Shown: positions 1 through 12,911 of the stretch, one piece after another
Layout of the letters: each line of letters opens with the position of its first letter
Position numbering within the stretch: position 1 is the stretch's first letter
Assembly (NCBI GenBank): GCA_964016885.1
Contig: OZ024741.1
Location: forward strand, 353,772,001 to 353,836,000
Length of the DNA stretch: 64,000 nt
Reading direction: 5' to 3'
Source of the DNA: Eledone cirrhosa
Taxonomy: Eukaryota
Notes under the pieces: generated by a model
What the model saw: the letters and a program-made list of their open reading frames with translations, nothing else
What the model was told of the DNA's origin: nothing
The model's database searches: none
Position numbers and translations under genes: made by a program

Positions 1-482
1 GTGAAAAATATCACACCTAATTTGACTATCTCCTCTGATACAACATTCACGAAAGGTTGTAACTGTAGAAACAAAGCAAATTGCCCATTAAAAGGAAATT
101 GCCTTATTAATAACAGTATATAAATGTAAAATTAACACTAAGGACTCAACTTATTCATATATAGGAGCTACTACTAACCAATTTAAAGTAAGATTTAATA
201 CCCACAAACACAGTTTTTAAAATGCCACATTAGCTAATACAACATCCTTAGCTGAAATAATTAATAATTATAGACAAAAGAATATCGATTATAACCTGAC
301 CTGGAGTGTGCTCAAAAGGGCCACCCCCTTATCAAAATAATAGATATGAATGTAGATTATGTTCCCAGGAACTTTTTGAAATAATGAAACCTAAGGATAT
401 CCTATTAAATAAGCGACAAGAATTAATTATATCATGTAATCATAAAATTAGAAGAACTTTTAAATACTATAAACCTAATTAA
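1..482 (+). mobile_element. 3' end of a Penelope-like element ORF (Cys-rich linker + GIY-YIG endonuclease), degenerate
   Basis: Hand translation across frameshifts: KGCNCRNKANCPLKGNCL...IY-KC...YSYIGATTNQFKVRFNTHKHSF...CRLC...E...LLNKRQELIISCNHK. This matches the Neptune-type PLE linker/GIY-YIG layout; contains stops and frameshifts. Confidence 0.85.
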
Positions 483-1199
483 TATACACTTTACAAATTA
501 TTATAATAATTTTTTTTTTTTTTTTCTAAATTGGTTAACCTATAATTAATATTCTACTACTAATGAACTGCATAATTTTATTTCCCTTTTACAGCTATCT
601 TTTCCTAAAATTTATACCAATAAGTATACATATAAACTATTTTAGTTTCAGGTTATGAATCTATATTCCTTATAATCTATATAAATTTGTTATTTCTGAC
701 TAATACATTTATCCCCCCCCCCCCAATTATTATTATTATTTTTTTATTTTCCCTTCGTTTTTAACAACATTCTTCAATTACATCTTATTTATCATATCTA
801 TATGAATTAATATCAATTTATCAATATAAATATACCTATCAATTTAATTAATTTATTTTCTTTTTATAGATGTAAATTCCTTATGCTTTAAATAAGATTG
901 ATATTTTTCACTAACACATTTACCGTAAAATTTTATTCTCCTTAGATTTTTACATTAGCATTATTCTTTTATAACATCAAATTTTCGTGTACCTTTTACC
1001 GACTTGACCTATTTTCAACCCCAAAATACTCTTTCCATTCAAAACTGAAGTCTACTTTCCTCTACCCATAAATTAAAGTTCCATTACTACTATTCTACCA
1101 TCTTGACCACTTACTACCTTTCTATTGGTCAATTCAAAACCTGTTCCCAAACAGACCTATTATATTAAATCTTTGTTGGTTTTTTTCAATAAACAAATA

Positions 1200-1337
1200 T
1201 CATTATTTCTGAAGACAGCATATATATGTGTAGGTATGTATATTCCCTCTGATAGTTTGTAAAAATTTTACATAGATCTATATGATATACATACCAACAC
1301 ATACATATATATCCTAGAAACGATAGTAAAATGATGA
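1200..1337 (+). ncRNA. Type I hammerhead ribozyme with ~100-nt extended stem II, in the PLE 3' region
   Basis: Stem I tcattattt/aaatgatga; core CTGAAGA (1209-1215); long hairpin (tatgtgtaggtatgtatat/atatacataccaacacata); GAAA (1317-1320); stem III c-gata-g; GUA cleavage triplet ending at 1328. Confidence 0.7.
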
Positions 1338-1385
1338 ATTTTTTAATATAAGGAACTGTTTCTTTGTTTTTATTCATTATTTTTA

Positions 1386-1448
<63 letters not shown>

Positions 1449-1522
1449 CACACACACGTTTCTAATTTAGGAATGCCGACAAACTCAGGCGCGCGCAAAT
1501 ACACACACTGTCCTATTACCAC

Positions 1523-2208
1523 TTAAGAGCTTTGGCCCGGGCAAACATCCCCTTGATTTTGGAACCGTCTGGGTTGCCCAGAATTGATGGGAAAAGGCCT
1601 GACGGTCTTACTCTATGCACCTGGATGCAGCGGAAAGGGCGAGAGCTACTGCATCCGCAACCGAACGGAATAAAATCCTAAAATAGGCAGTGGTGTTCGA
1701 GACGTTTGGGGGAGTCGGGCTACTGACTGTGAGGTTCTTATCTTCACTGGCGGATCGCCTGACCGGTGTAACTGGTGATGCTTGGTTGTTCCAGCACCTC
1801 AACCTCGCCATCACCCTAAGGAACGCTGTGAGTGCGCTGACTTGCCTCAAAAATGATTAGACAGGTTTCCCAGTGCTCCTCGCTATATTGTTATCTTTTG
1901 CTCTGGTAGCTGCTCGTTGGTCCACCCATTTCGCCAGCCTTTTTTTTGTATGTGGTCCTAGATGTGTGTATTACCTGTTTGTGTGTTGTATGTGGTTCTA
2001 GATGTGTGTATTACCTGTTTGTGTGTTGTATGTGGTTCTAGATGTGTGTATTACCTGCTTGTGTGTTTTTCTCTTTCTTTTTTGTTCCTTTCCCTTTCGT
2101 TTGTATATATTATATTTGTTTGTGTTTTCGTTCTGTAAGCATTATATTATTATATTTGTTATACAACTGTGAATAAACCTGTAACAACAAATGAGTTTAA
2201 AAAAAAAA
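1523..2208 (+). mobile_element. 3' fragment of an RLE-type (CRE-like) non-LTR retrotransposon with 3' UTR and poly(A)
   Basis: Translates to [31 protein letters not shown] (RLE R..KRPDG motif), then AVVFETFGG...LADRLTGVTGD...RNAVSAL. AATAAA near 2173 and an A-run at 2199-2208. Confidence 0.75.
1946..2067. repeat. 40-bp minisatellite, 3 copies
   Basis: Unit ttgtatgtggttctagatgtgtgtattacctgtttgtgtg repeated with period 40. Confidence 0.9.
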
Positions 2209-2767
2209 GTTGAACTGTGGTGTTACGAATAGATAAATAAAAAGTTATACTTCATACATATAAATGTATGTATATGCACATACACACACGCACACACATA
2301 CACATACGCGTCAGCGCGTTGAAAAAAATCCTAATCTCTTCGTCTTTCTCTTTCTATATATTCATATATTTGTCACAGTCACTCTATCTGTCTGTATCTC
2401 TCTCTTCACACACTCTCTCTTTCTTTCTCGCTCTGTCTATATATAAGGTAGTTGAAGTGGTAGTGGTGGTGGCGATATACCGGAAGTTGAAATCTGAAAC
2501 TTTTAAAAGAAGTGAATCTTGAAATAAGCAATACATTGAATTATTTGTTTAATCATGTTACAACATTTAGTAGATAAATCATATAACGTTCATCCATTAT
2601 TTATTCAAAGTAATCCAACATATTTTACTAACGGGATAAGAAAAATATAAAACGGACACTGACCCGCACTCTTCCCTTTATTATATTATAGATTATCATA
2701 ATAGTATTAACATTATCACATTACGATTAATGTTATCAACATTATCATACTAGTATTAATATGGGCT

Positions 2768-2965
2768 TCTAATTTGGGCACAAGGCCAACGAATTTTAGG
2801 GGAATATTAAAGCTGATTAAATCAAGCTCAGTACTTCACTGATATTTTATTTTATTGAACGTGGAAGGATGAAAGACAAAGTGTGATTTAACTATAAAAA
2901 GCCAAAAGATACATTGCAAAAGCATTTTATCCGACACTCTACCAATTCTATCAATCCACAAGCCT
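2768..2965 (-). mobile_element. tRNA-derived CORE-type SINE, degenerate
   Basis: Reverse complement of the SINE at 3001-3205 (ggcacaaggcca, ggatgaaag, ccgacactctaccaattct). Confidence 0.65.
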
Positions 2966-3000
2966 TTATCGACATCATCATATTATTAGTAACATTATTA

Positions 3001-3628
3001 GGGCGGTGGATTGGCAGAATCGGTTGAGCGTCGGACATCATATTTTGCAGCATAGAGTTACAACCCATTACGTTCTGAGTTCAAATCCCGTCGAAGTTAG
3101 TCTTTCATCCTTACAGGGTCGATAAAATAAAGCACCAGTAATGAACTGGGTCGATTTAATTGACTTTCCCCAAAATTGCTGGCCTTGTACCTATAATAGA
3201 AATCATTAATTATTAGTAACAATACCCGGAAAGTGGATTGGCAGAACCAGTAGAGCGTCAGACAACATGCTTTGTGGCATAGAGTTGCAGTTCTTTGTGT
3301 CCTCAGTTCAAATTCCGCCGAGGTTAGCTTTGCCTTTCATCTTTGCATGGTCGATAAAATACAGTACCAGTAATACACTGGGGTAATTGCTGGCCTTGTG
3401 CCAAAAGTAGATATAATTATTAGTAACAGTATGAGGACAGTGGATTGGCTGTATCTGTAGAGCGTCGGACAACATGCTTTGCGTCACATAGTTACGGTTC
3501 TTTATATCCTGTGTTCAAATCCCGCCTTTCATCCTTACATGGTCGATAAAATACAGTACCAGTAACACACTGGGTCGATTTAATTGACTTCCCCCTCTCC
3601 CAAAAATTGCTGCCTAAAGTAGAAACCA
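3001..3628 (+). mobile_element. Three tandem copies of a tRNA-derived CORE-type SINE (~3001-3205, ~3228-3412, ~3435-3628)
   Basis: Each copy has tggattggcagaatc (A-box-like), gttcaaatccc (B-box), a ctttcatcctt...gtcgataaaat...gtaccagt core, and a tgctggccttgtg tail. Confidence 0.8.
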
Positions 3629-3737
3629 TTAATAGTAACATTACCAACCTTGTTATATTCATCACTACTATTATCATCGCTGCCCTTCTCGCCATTATTA
3701 ACACCAAACAAAATTAAATAAGATCAAAAACAGAAGA

Positions 3738-4711
3738 GCAGTAGCAGCAGCAGCAGCATCAACACCTACAGCAACCAAAACAGCAGTAGCAGCAGCAGCA
3801 GCATCAACACCTACAGCAACCAAAACAGCAGTAGCAGCAGCAGCAGCATCAACACCTACAGCAACCAAAACAGCAGTAGCAGCAGCAGCAGCATCAACAC
3901 CTACAGCAACCAAAACAGCAGTAGCAGCAGCAGCAGCATCAACACCTACAGCAACCAAAACAGCAGTAGCAGCAGCAGCAGCATCAACACCTACAGCAAC
4001 CAAAACAGCAGTAGCAGCAGCAGCAGCATCAACACCTACAGCAACCAAAACAGCAGTAGCAGCAGCAGCAGCATCAACACCTACAGCAACCAAAACAGCA
4101 GTAGCAGCAGCAGCAGCATCAACACCTACAGCAACCAAAACAGCAGTAGCAGCAGCAGCAGCATCAACACCTACAGCAACCAAAACAGCAGTAGCAGCAG
4201 CAGCAGCATCAACACCTACAGCAACCAAAACAGCAGTAGCAGCAGCAGCAGCATCAACACCTACAGCAACCAAAACAGCAGTAGCAGCAGCAGCAGCATC
4301 AACACCTACAGCAACCAAAACAGCAGTAGCAGCAGCAGCAGCATCAACACCTACAGCAACCAAAACAGCAGTAGCAGCAGCAGCAGCATCAACACCTACA
4401 GCAACCAAAACAGCAGTAGCAGCAGCAGCAGCATCAACACCTACAGCAACCAAAACAGCAGTAGCAGCAGCAGCAGCATCAACACCTACAGCAACCAAAA
4501 CAGCAGTAGCAGCAGCAGCAGCATCAACACCTACAGCAACCAAAACAGCAGTAGCAGCAGCAGCAGCATCAACACCTACAGCAACCAAAACAGCAGTAGC
4601 AGCAGCAGCAGCATCAACACCTACAGCAACCAAAACAGCAGTAGTAGCAGCAGCAGCATCAACACCTACAGCAACCAAAACAGCAGTAGCAGCAGCAGCA
4701 GCATCAACACC
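3738..4711. repeat. 45-bp CAG-rich minisatellite, ~21.6 copies
   Basis: Unit gcagtagcagcagcagcagcatcaacacctacagcaaccaaaaca, nearly invariant (one variant near 4645). Confidence 0.95.
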
Positions 4712-4855
4712 AGCAGCAATATGAGAAGCAAGAGAAAGCGCAATAAGATATAGCAACCATAACAGCAACAACAACAGCAACGTCAACATTAATACAGACA
4801 ATATTAGTCAAATATTGGCTGAATGAACTATATCATACAATATACACAATCCATA

Positions 4856-5390
<535 letters not shown>

Positions 5391-5861
5391 TATTGCTATC
5401 TTTCACTTTATTTCGCCCTAGAGTTTCCTCCCTTAGTTTGCATGATTTACTTTGGTATTTTGATATGCTTTTTCCTGTTTATTCATGTTTTGTGTTGTTG
5501 TGGTTATTGTTATCGCCGCTGTAGTTGTTACTGTTGTTGTACTTGTTTCTCCATATTTAGATCAACAGAATTAGTATCTACTGCCTGATTCAACAAAAAT
5601 TCCTCTATAACATTCGTGAATGCTGACCAAAATCCAATATTAGAATATTCTGATATAACACGAATATTTTTAGAGAATGGTGGTTTTTCACGTTAACTTT
5701 TATGTTTCCACCCGTCTTTCTCCACCCCCGTCAATTCTCTCTCTATCTCTCTCTCTCTCTCTCCCTCTCTTGGCTTTTCTTTCTCTATTTCTATCCATTC
5801 CATACGTATATGTGTTAGTTAATATGCGCACACATTCGTACAGACACATGCAGATAGATAG

Positions 5862-8800
5862 ATAAATTTCTTTATTAGCCACGAGGGCACACAAGAAGGG
5901 GACAAATACAAATGGGGAGTTTACATACAGGTATATGAAAATAAAACTATTAATAAAATAACAAATAACAATTGAAATCCCCAATAGGGGGGGAGGCGTT
6001 ACACAGGAGTTGTACACACCCCGAAAAAATGTACAACCCTCATCTCCAGGAGCACCAAGAGTGAGTACTCCCCTCCTCTCTTTCTCTTTTTCCTCAACCT
6101 ACAGGCTTATATAGAGAGAAGGCCCAACCACTCGGGCCATCTTTGCCACATTCACCCACCTTTTATAAAATTTGCTGGGGTACAGCACCTCTCTCTCCAT
6201 CCTGATTCTTCTTCCAAATTGATATTTGAAAAAACGAATCACTTGTTTGCCGGAGAGAAAGGTGTCTGACCTCAGCCCTTTTAACCTCGTCCACCATATA
6301 ACCTCTTCCACCATATAACCTCTTTCACCATAGCCATAACACATAGGAAAACCGCCCCTCCTTCGTTTTTGAAGGAGGGTGGCGGTTTGATCATGACAAT
6401 GGACTCGGTGGTCAACTGGATTAGTCCCACCCACGACAATAGTCGTTCTACATAGCCCCACAGGTCGGTAACGCCCGGGCAGTGTACAAATGCGTGCGCG
6501 ACGGTTTCCTCGTCGCGCACGAATCTCGGACAGATCTTTTTCGAAGGGTCCCTTCCCGTGTCTATAGAGCTTCTCTCGAACTGGTAGAGCTCCTCGGTAG
6601 CACTGCCAGGCCAGGGACTTTTGGAAGTTGTCCATTGGTCTCCACTGATCGACGGGTCCGCCTACCAGAGGGCTGTGAGCGCGTGAGCACATTCGATGTG
6701 ACAGTCGCCCATTTTCTTCGGTCTTTGCTTGACCCAGGACTGCAGCTAGGTCAGCGAGTCAGCGAGACGAGTCGTAGGAATGCTCGCCTCATGAACGGGG
6801 CCCACACCGGTTGTCGGGTGAGGAATACGTGGAGTTGCCGCAGCCTGAGCGCGAGTTTGCGCATCGTCAGCCACAGCCTCCCCAGCCCTCCGTTTGAAGG
6901 GTGTTGGCAGCAGATAGATCTTCTCACCAAAGGAGCCCGCTTCTTCCAAAGGAATTGGAAGAGCGCGCGCTCTATTTTGGTGAGCGTTTTGGCTGGACAA
7001 GGCACGGCGGTCAAGCGGTAGTAGATGACGGACGCTATAAAAGTGTTCGCCACCACCTTTCAAGGATAGTTTGCACTCGGCCCACTTCTGGGTGAGCGCA
7101 AACACCTTGGCCGTCACCTCGTTCCGGTTCTTCTGGTGCTCGACACCATTACTGTGACGTCGTCGGCGCAGGCCGACGCCGCTTTTCGCAGTCCTGGTTC
7201 TAAAGTGATGCCCTGCAATAGCTCCAAATTCCGCAGTAGTGGCTCGAGAGTCAGTACGTACAGAACAGAGGAGAGAGGGCATCCCTGTCGGATGGATCGC
7301 GTGATATGGAACGGCTCCGAGAGGTAGCCGTTCACCTTGACCCTTGAGCAGATGATGCTGCTGTGCATTGCGGCAATCCAGCCCGTGAACACGGGTCCGA
7401 AGCCTGCCGCCTCGAGCACCGCATCCAGGTAACGATGGTCAACCCTATCGAAAGCCTTAGAGTGATCCAAGTTGATCAACGCCCCACCAAAGCCGGGTTT
7501 ACACCCTACCCTCTCTATTGTGTATCGCATGAGGTGGAGGTTGTCGTGTATGGACCTGGTCAGGATTGCGCATGTCTGCGCTTCTCCCACCAGGTTTTAG
7601 ACGACAAGCGCCAGCCTCTTTGCCAACACCTTGGCCAAAATCTGTAACTCTGTGTTTAGCAGAGTTATGGGCCGGAAGTTGCCTATATCAGCCTCCTTAT
7701 TCTCGTCCTTCCTGACTAACGTGACTACGCCCTTGGTCACAGAACTGGGAATTCTCCCGTTCTGCTGCCAGTTGCAGTAGACCACTTCCAGGAGACCGGA
7801 GAACAAGTCCGGCATTGCTACGTAAAATTCGTAGTGTAGACCGTCGAGACCTGGAGATTTGCGTTTGCCGCATTGGCTCAGCGCGTCCCCTATCTCAGCG
7901 GCCGAAATCGGCCTTTCGCAGAACTTTGCCTCGCTGTCCGAGAGTCACGGTAGGCCGTCGAGGTATGGACCGAAATCCATAGCCCCTCCCGGCGCGTCGC
8001 CCTGCCCGAACAGTTGAGCAAAGTGCCGCTGAAAGGCCGAAAGGCCGTGCACATCTGCTTCGGCTCACGTATCATGCGCCCGTCTTGGTCCTTCAAAGAC
8101 CGATTCGTGGACTTGTTGCCACTTTTCGCCTCCGTCACTCGGACCCAGCTAACAGCTTTGGATCCCTCGTTTCCCACAACACGTATTTTGCTTCTGACAA
8201 CGCAGCTTTCATGCTTTGCGTTGAAGAACTGGTTCAAATGCCGTTCTCGTCGCTAGCTACGTTGCCACTCCTAAGTGCCTCTTCTACTTTATCAACCAGT
8301 TCCTTTTCGGTCTTATTTCTATCTAATACTAATTCTTTACTAAAACCTATCGAGTCTAATCTAACTGCCCTCTTGAAAGAGTACCACCATCTGTTGTTGA
8401 CAATGGCCCCCGTCAAGTGCTTCTTAATTAAAGTGCTAATCCGTCTACTGTAGGCCTTGCATGTCGGTAACGACAAGTTCAGGTTCCAGTAGCCGGGTCC
8501 CTGTCTATGGGATTTGTCAAAGTTGACTAAGCAGGTCACAAATTTGTGATCTGAATAGGCAACCATGAACATTTGTGGACAGCTTAACATGTCCCTATCC
8601 TTCTTTCTAACTAGAACCCTATCTAGGTACGATCTAGATGTTCCGCTGAGATTAGTCCATGTCCACAGTGGCACAGTCGAAAAATCTAGTCGATATCTAT
8701 CGGCCAGGTCAAATCGGCCGATTAACTGTTTGAGGCTGTTATACCCCCCCCCCCCTCTATCGGTACATGCTCCCACATAGCCCCAACGTGCATCTAGGAT

Positions 8801-8920
8801 TCCATTCCAGTCCCCACTAACCGAAGGGGGCGAGACGTTCCCAGAAAAGTCTCTAGAGATTTGAAGAAGTCTGGCCGCAGTGTCCCGGATGGGGCATATG
8901 CGGCCACCAGCTTGAAGGCT
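5862..8920 (-). mobile_element. 5'-truncated Tx1/L1-clade LINE (partial APE, RT, C-terminal Zn motif, 3' UTR), degenerate
   Basis: ORF pieces GDWNGILD, SYLDR, SDHK, PGYWNLN, NFRPITLLN, LDHSKAFDRVDH, SIRQGCPLS, ACADDV, ETVAHAFVHC. Many frameshifts and internal deletions; closely similar to 58894-64000. Confidence 0.92.
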
Positions 8921-9126
8921 TAGATAGATAGATAGACAGACAGACAGGCAGACAGTCACACATATAGAAAGACAAGCAGACAGACACATTGATCGATGGA
9001 TAGATCTTTAGAAAGATAGATAGATAGAGAAAGAAAGAGAGGGGGAGTGAGGGAGAGAGACAGAGAGAGCGAATGAGAGAGAGATCGGTGGATGGACGAA
9101 TGGGTGCTTGGGTGATAGATATATAG

Positions 9127-9240
9127 ATATCTTTCTTTACTTGCCACGAGAGCGTACAAGAAATGGGAGATTACAGGACGTGACGGCGGGGGTTTTACAA
9201 CTTTAACATTAATAAATAACAATAAACTATATATAAAATA
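9127..9240 (-). mobile_element. Short 3'-tail fragment of a related Tx1-like family between (GATA)n runs
   Basis: ttctttacttgccacgagagcgtacaagaaatggga resembles the tail ttctttattagccacgagggcacacaagaagggga at 5868. Confidence 0.5.
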
Positions 9241-9242
9241 AA

Positions 9243-9313
<71 letters not shown>

Positions 9314-9758
9314 TGTGCAGAATTAATCTGAACAATCTCTAGACACATTAAACTACCACCAAAAAAACAACACCCAACTTTGTTGACAGAGAAATCAGTA
9401 TCTCATTAAAAAAAATTATCCCATAAATTTCGAATTATCTGAAACCAATGTATTGTGTAATATAAGTTAATTTATTCGCGTTTTCAACGCATGCAATGTT
9501 ATGCAAATAAAAGTGTCTAGTGTAACGGTTTCAAAGTTTGTAACACAATAAATAGCTATAAGCAATTAATCTGTCTGTGAACAGCAGTTGAGAAGACATT
9601 CTTTTATTGAAGTCTACCAAGACGAGAAACTAGTCTAATCCATCACGTCCTTTTTGTCCAGTGATTTTAAACATTGTTGGGTAAATATTTTACATGGCGA
9701 GGATGACATGGTAAAGTATATAAAAAAGTATATACTTTATATTTCAGACACACACACA

Positions 9759-9858
<100 letters not shown>

Positions 9859-9977
9859 GAGTGTCTTTAAAATGCCTACATTATAATTTCACAAGTATTG
9901 AGTACTTAGATGAACAATCCTCTTCTAGACTAAACCGGTAAATCCCAATATGTCTTTATAAAAAAACCTTACTTTCT

Positions 9978-10009
<32 letters not shown>

Positions 10010-10045
10010 TATATAAGATCCAAAGATGGTTAAAAGAGTTCCAAG

Positions 10046-10116
10046 TATTTTATTATGCGCATTTCAAAAATAAATATCATCATGGGATGATATTTGCGTT
10101 ATCATCAGATAAAATA
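10046..10116 (-). ncRNA. Type I hammerhead ribozyme at the 3' end of PLE 10046-11900
   Basis: Minus strand reads tattttat CTGATGA taacgc-aaatatcatc-ccat-gatgatattt-attttt GAAA tgcgca TA ataaaata: perfect 8-bp stem I, 10-bp distal stem II, palindromic ATGCGCAT stem III. Confidence 0.85.
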
Positions 10117-11900
10117 GGGAGACATGATATGAAGTTTAAAAAACACTTGTGAGCAGTGAAGTTTTAAATCAACATATGAAAAATAAAGTAAGATGGATAT
10201 ATGAGATTGGGAAAAAAGGAGGGGTGGGGTAGGAAAAGGTAAGGAAGATGAAGAAAGAAAATAAAGGATGATGGGGGAGGAGTATAAGAAGGAAGGATGA
10301 GAGAGGAGGAGAAATGAGTGATAGAGAGAGAGAGAGAAATAGCCTTTACAACTGAGAAAACATTGTCTCACAGAGAGAAATTTAAAAAACCATTGGAAGA
10401 TAATAGATAATTTAAAAAGATTTTGAAATTAAAAGTTAATGAGGTTTATGGATGTTGATGTTTATGATTAAAGAAAAAGGAATTAAGAATAGTATTAATT
10501 TAAGGTTTATATATTGAAGGGTTTAATAATATGTGCGAAAAAAAAGAATTTATTAATATGTATTATTAAAATAAAAATATTAATGATATTAAGGATAAAT
10601 GAGAAGAATAAATGAATTATGAACTTAGAGGAATTAGTTAGGGTCTAAGTTTTTTTTTATGTATTGTAATATGTAAAAGTAAATAATAGGTTTAAAACGA
10701 GCACGGAAGGAGAGAAGAAAAAAGAGAATTTAAGGAAGAAAAAATATCTAACGTCAAAAAGTATATATGTTTACAAAAATGTCTAATGGTGATTTAAAAC
10801 TTCACTTACGATAGGAACTATAGTTTCCTGATTTAGATTGGTGTTATGGACATTCAACGAAGTTACGTTTGACGTCGTATTTACATTTACTGAATCTAGC
10901 CTAGAGTTAACATTGACGTTGGGTATACTATTGCTATTATTATGACGTTCAGTGTTGGATGGATGTAAGTTATTATTTAATATTTTATTATTGTGTTTAG
11001 AGATAATGTTAGAGATGTTGGAAGTGGTGGAATAAGAGAATTTGATTGTATGCTTGTTAAAGATTTTACTATAGATATGCGAGGGAGGGAAGCATTTATC
11101 TAAGGCCCTAAAGAATAGTTTAGGAATATTACTAGTAATAGATAGAGAAAAAGGAACATTATACCAAATCATATTTTTGTATCTAGGTCTTTTATTTAAG
11201 TTATTGGAATGTTCATAATTAACTATTTTACTATAAGTCCTTCGATGATTGGTTCCTTTACTGTATTTAATTTTATCAGGATAATCGGCTTTGGAAAGCG
11301 CATTATTATAGCGTTATGGCGTTAGCGTCGAGATTGTTGAGATTCTTTTTTCAATATTACTGACTATAGCATTTTTAGTGGGGGTGGTTAGATTTAACGT
11401 TAGTGGGGGTGGTTAGATTTAAAATTAACATAATTTAGATTCTCATTGTCTTTATGGTAAGGGTAATATAGGCTAGTGTCAAGATTAAGAGATATATCCA
11501 AGAAGTTAGCTAGTTTGACGTTGTTATCAAATTCAAATTTAAGGTTATGGTGCTTAAATAGATCAAGTATATTGTTCTTAATAATATTAACGTTAACTAA
11601 GTTACAGTTTAAGACAGTAAAAAGGGCATCGTCACGATAAATTCTACCGCGAAGTTGAGGAAGTTTCCGATTTAAAGAATTCAAAATAAAGATACCAATC
11701 AAGTCCGTCAATTGCGATGAATCGGAAGCACCCATTGTGATATCAAAATTGTTGGAAGTATCAGCTGTAGTCCAATATTCATTCTTGAATTCCAAGATAG
11801 TTGCCTTGCGGTGAGAATGATGTAAAGTTCATCTGTGGTAATGTCAGAATATTTAAATGCGAAAGATAGAGCGTTGTTGAGGAGTGAAGGCGAAATAGAA
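10046..11900 (-). mobile_element. Penelope-like element remnant (RT, linker, AT-rich 3' region)
   Basis: YSSISPSLL, FDITMGASDSSQLTDLIGIFIL, RIYRDD, NFLDISLNL, YVNFKSNHP, IWYNVPFS...IFNKHTIKFSYS are Neptune-type PLE RT motifs; frameshifted. Confidence 0.88.
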
Positions 11901-11943
<43 letters not shown>

Positions 11944-12130
11944 GAAGGAGGTGTGGTAAGGAACCAGATGGCCCATAACGCACCAGAGTACTCAATAGAG
12001 TAGAGTGGGTAATAGGAAAATGTTTGACCCCGACGGCCGTCAAACATTTTCCTATTACCCACTCTACTACCCTAAGTATTGAGTACTCTGGTGCGTTATG
12101 GTCCATCTGGTTCCTTACCACATCTCCTTC
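11944..12130. mobile_element. Palindromic (fold-back) MITE-like element
   Basis: Arms gaaggaggtgtggtaaggaaccagatgg...aggaaaatgtttgac / gtcaaacattttcct...ccatctggttccttaccacatctccttc. Relatives at 21205-21355, 49158-49345, 53550-53665 and 55905-56015. Confidence 0.75.
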
Positions 12131-12867
12131 GTTATCTAGCTCCTACCTCCGTAGTAGAGCCTTTCGAACTCTACCACGCCATATCCTGGCTTTTCCACCC
12201 AGCTCAAGTTTCATTACCCTCACCATGCGAAAATATAATATCGACTTCTCCACCAAGAATAGGCAGAGTATGAAAGCTTTCATACTCTGCCTGTAAATCA
12301 TGTACTTGCACTGCTTGTGAATTGATGTATCTGTGTTTGGTTTGTTTTTTGATTATGCTGAGTAACACCCTCATTCATTTCTTGCTCTCTTCTCTCAACC
12401 CCCTTATGATCTATTGCACCATTTATGTGATAAACTTTTGATGTAATTTTTTATGATGTAATTTTTTATAATGTAAATTTTTATGACATATATGTATCAT
12501 GTATTGTGCGCCCCCCTACTTGTCCTTCTTCCTTGTTCTGGTGACTAGGCTCGATGGAGCCTGCAACCTTTGATATACTTTTGTTTATAGGCTCTGATGA
12601 TTCCTGCCCTAGGGTATGGATGAATCACTGTTTGCAAATAAAACAATGTATTTTTAAGTACTCTTTGGTTATTCCTAAACTTATAACGGCTCTGTAGTAT
12701 ACTAGTTATCCTACATTGAGCTAAAGCCACACTGTCATACCAAGGACAATATATCTGTGTGTCTGTGTACATTAATATAATTGTCAACCAAACTATATAT
12801 ATATATATATATATACATTTAAGGAAAAGAAATTGAAAATGTAACTGGAGTCTTTTAAGAATATTTA

Positions 12868-12911
12868 TTTACTCTACCGGTTTCACAGTTCTTATGATTT
12901 TCAAAAGTAAA
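12868..12911 (-). ncRNA. Minimal hammerhead-like motif with U3-A8 core (UUGAAAA) in a dispersed repeat
   Basis: Minus: tttactt TTGAAAA tcataagaactgt GAAA ccgg TA gagtaaa. 7-bp stem I, palindromic ACCGGT stem III; stem II is weak in this copy. Confidence 0.55.

Noticed and set aside
3001-3628. Possible tRNA genes (A/B-box-like motifs)
   Set aside because: No cloverleaf; the motifs belong to diverged tRNA-derived SINE heads.
3698-4801. 367-aa Ala/Val repeat ORF with hydrophobic N-terminus
   Set aside because: Entirely the reverse complement of a 45-bp minisatellite plus low-complexity flanks; no independent coding evidence.
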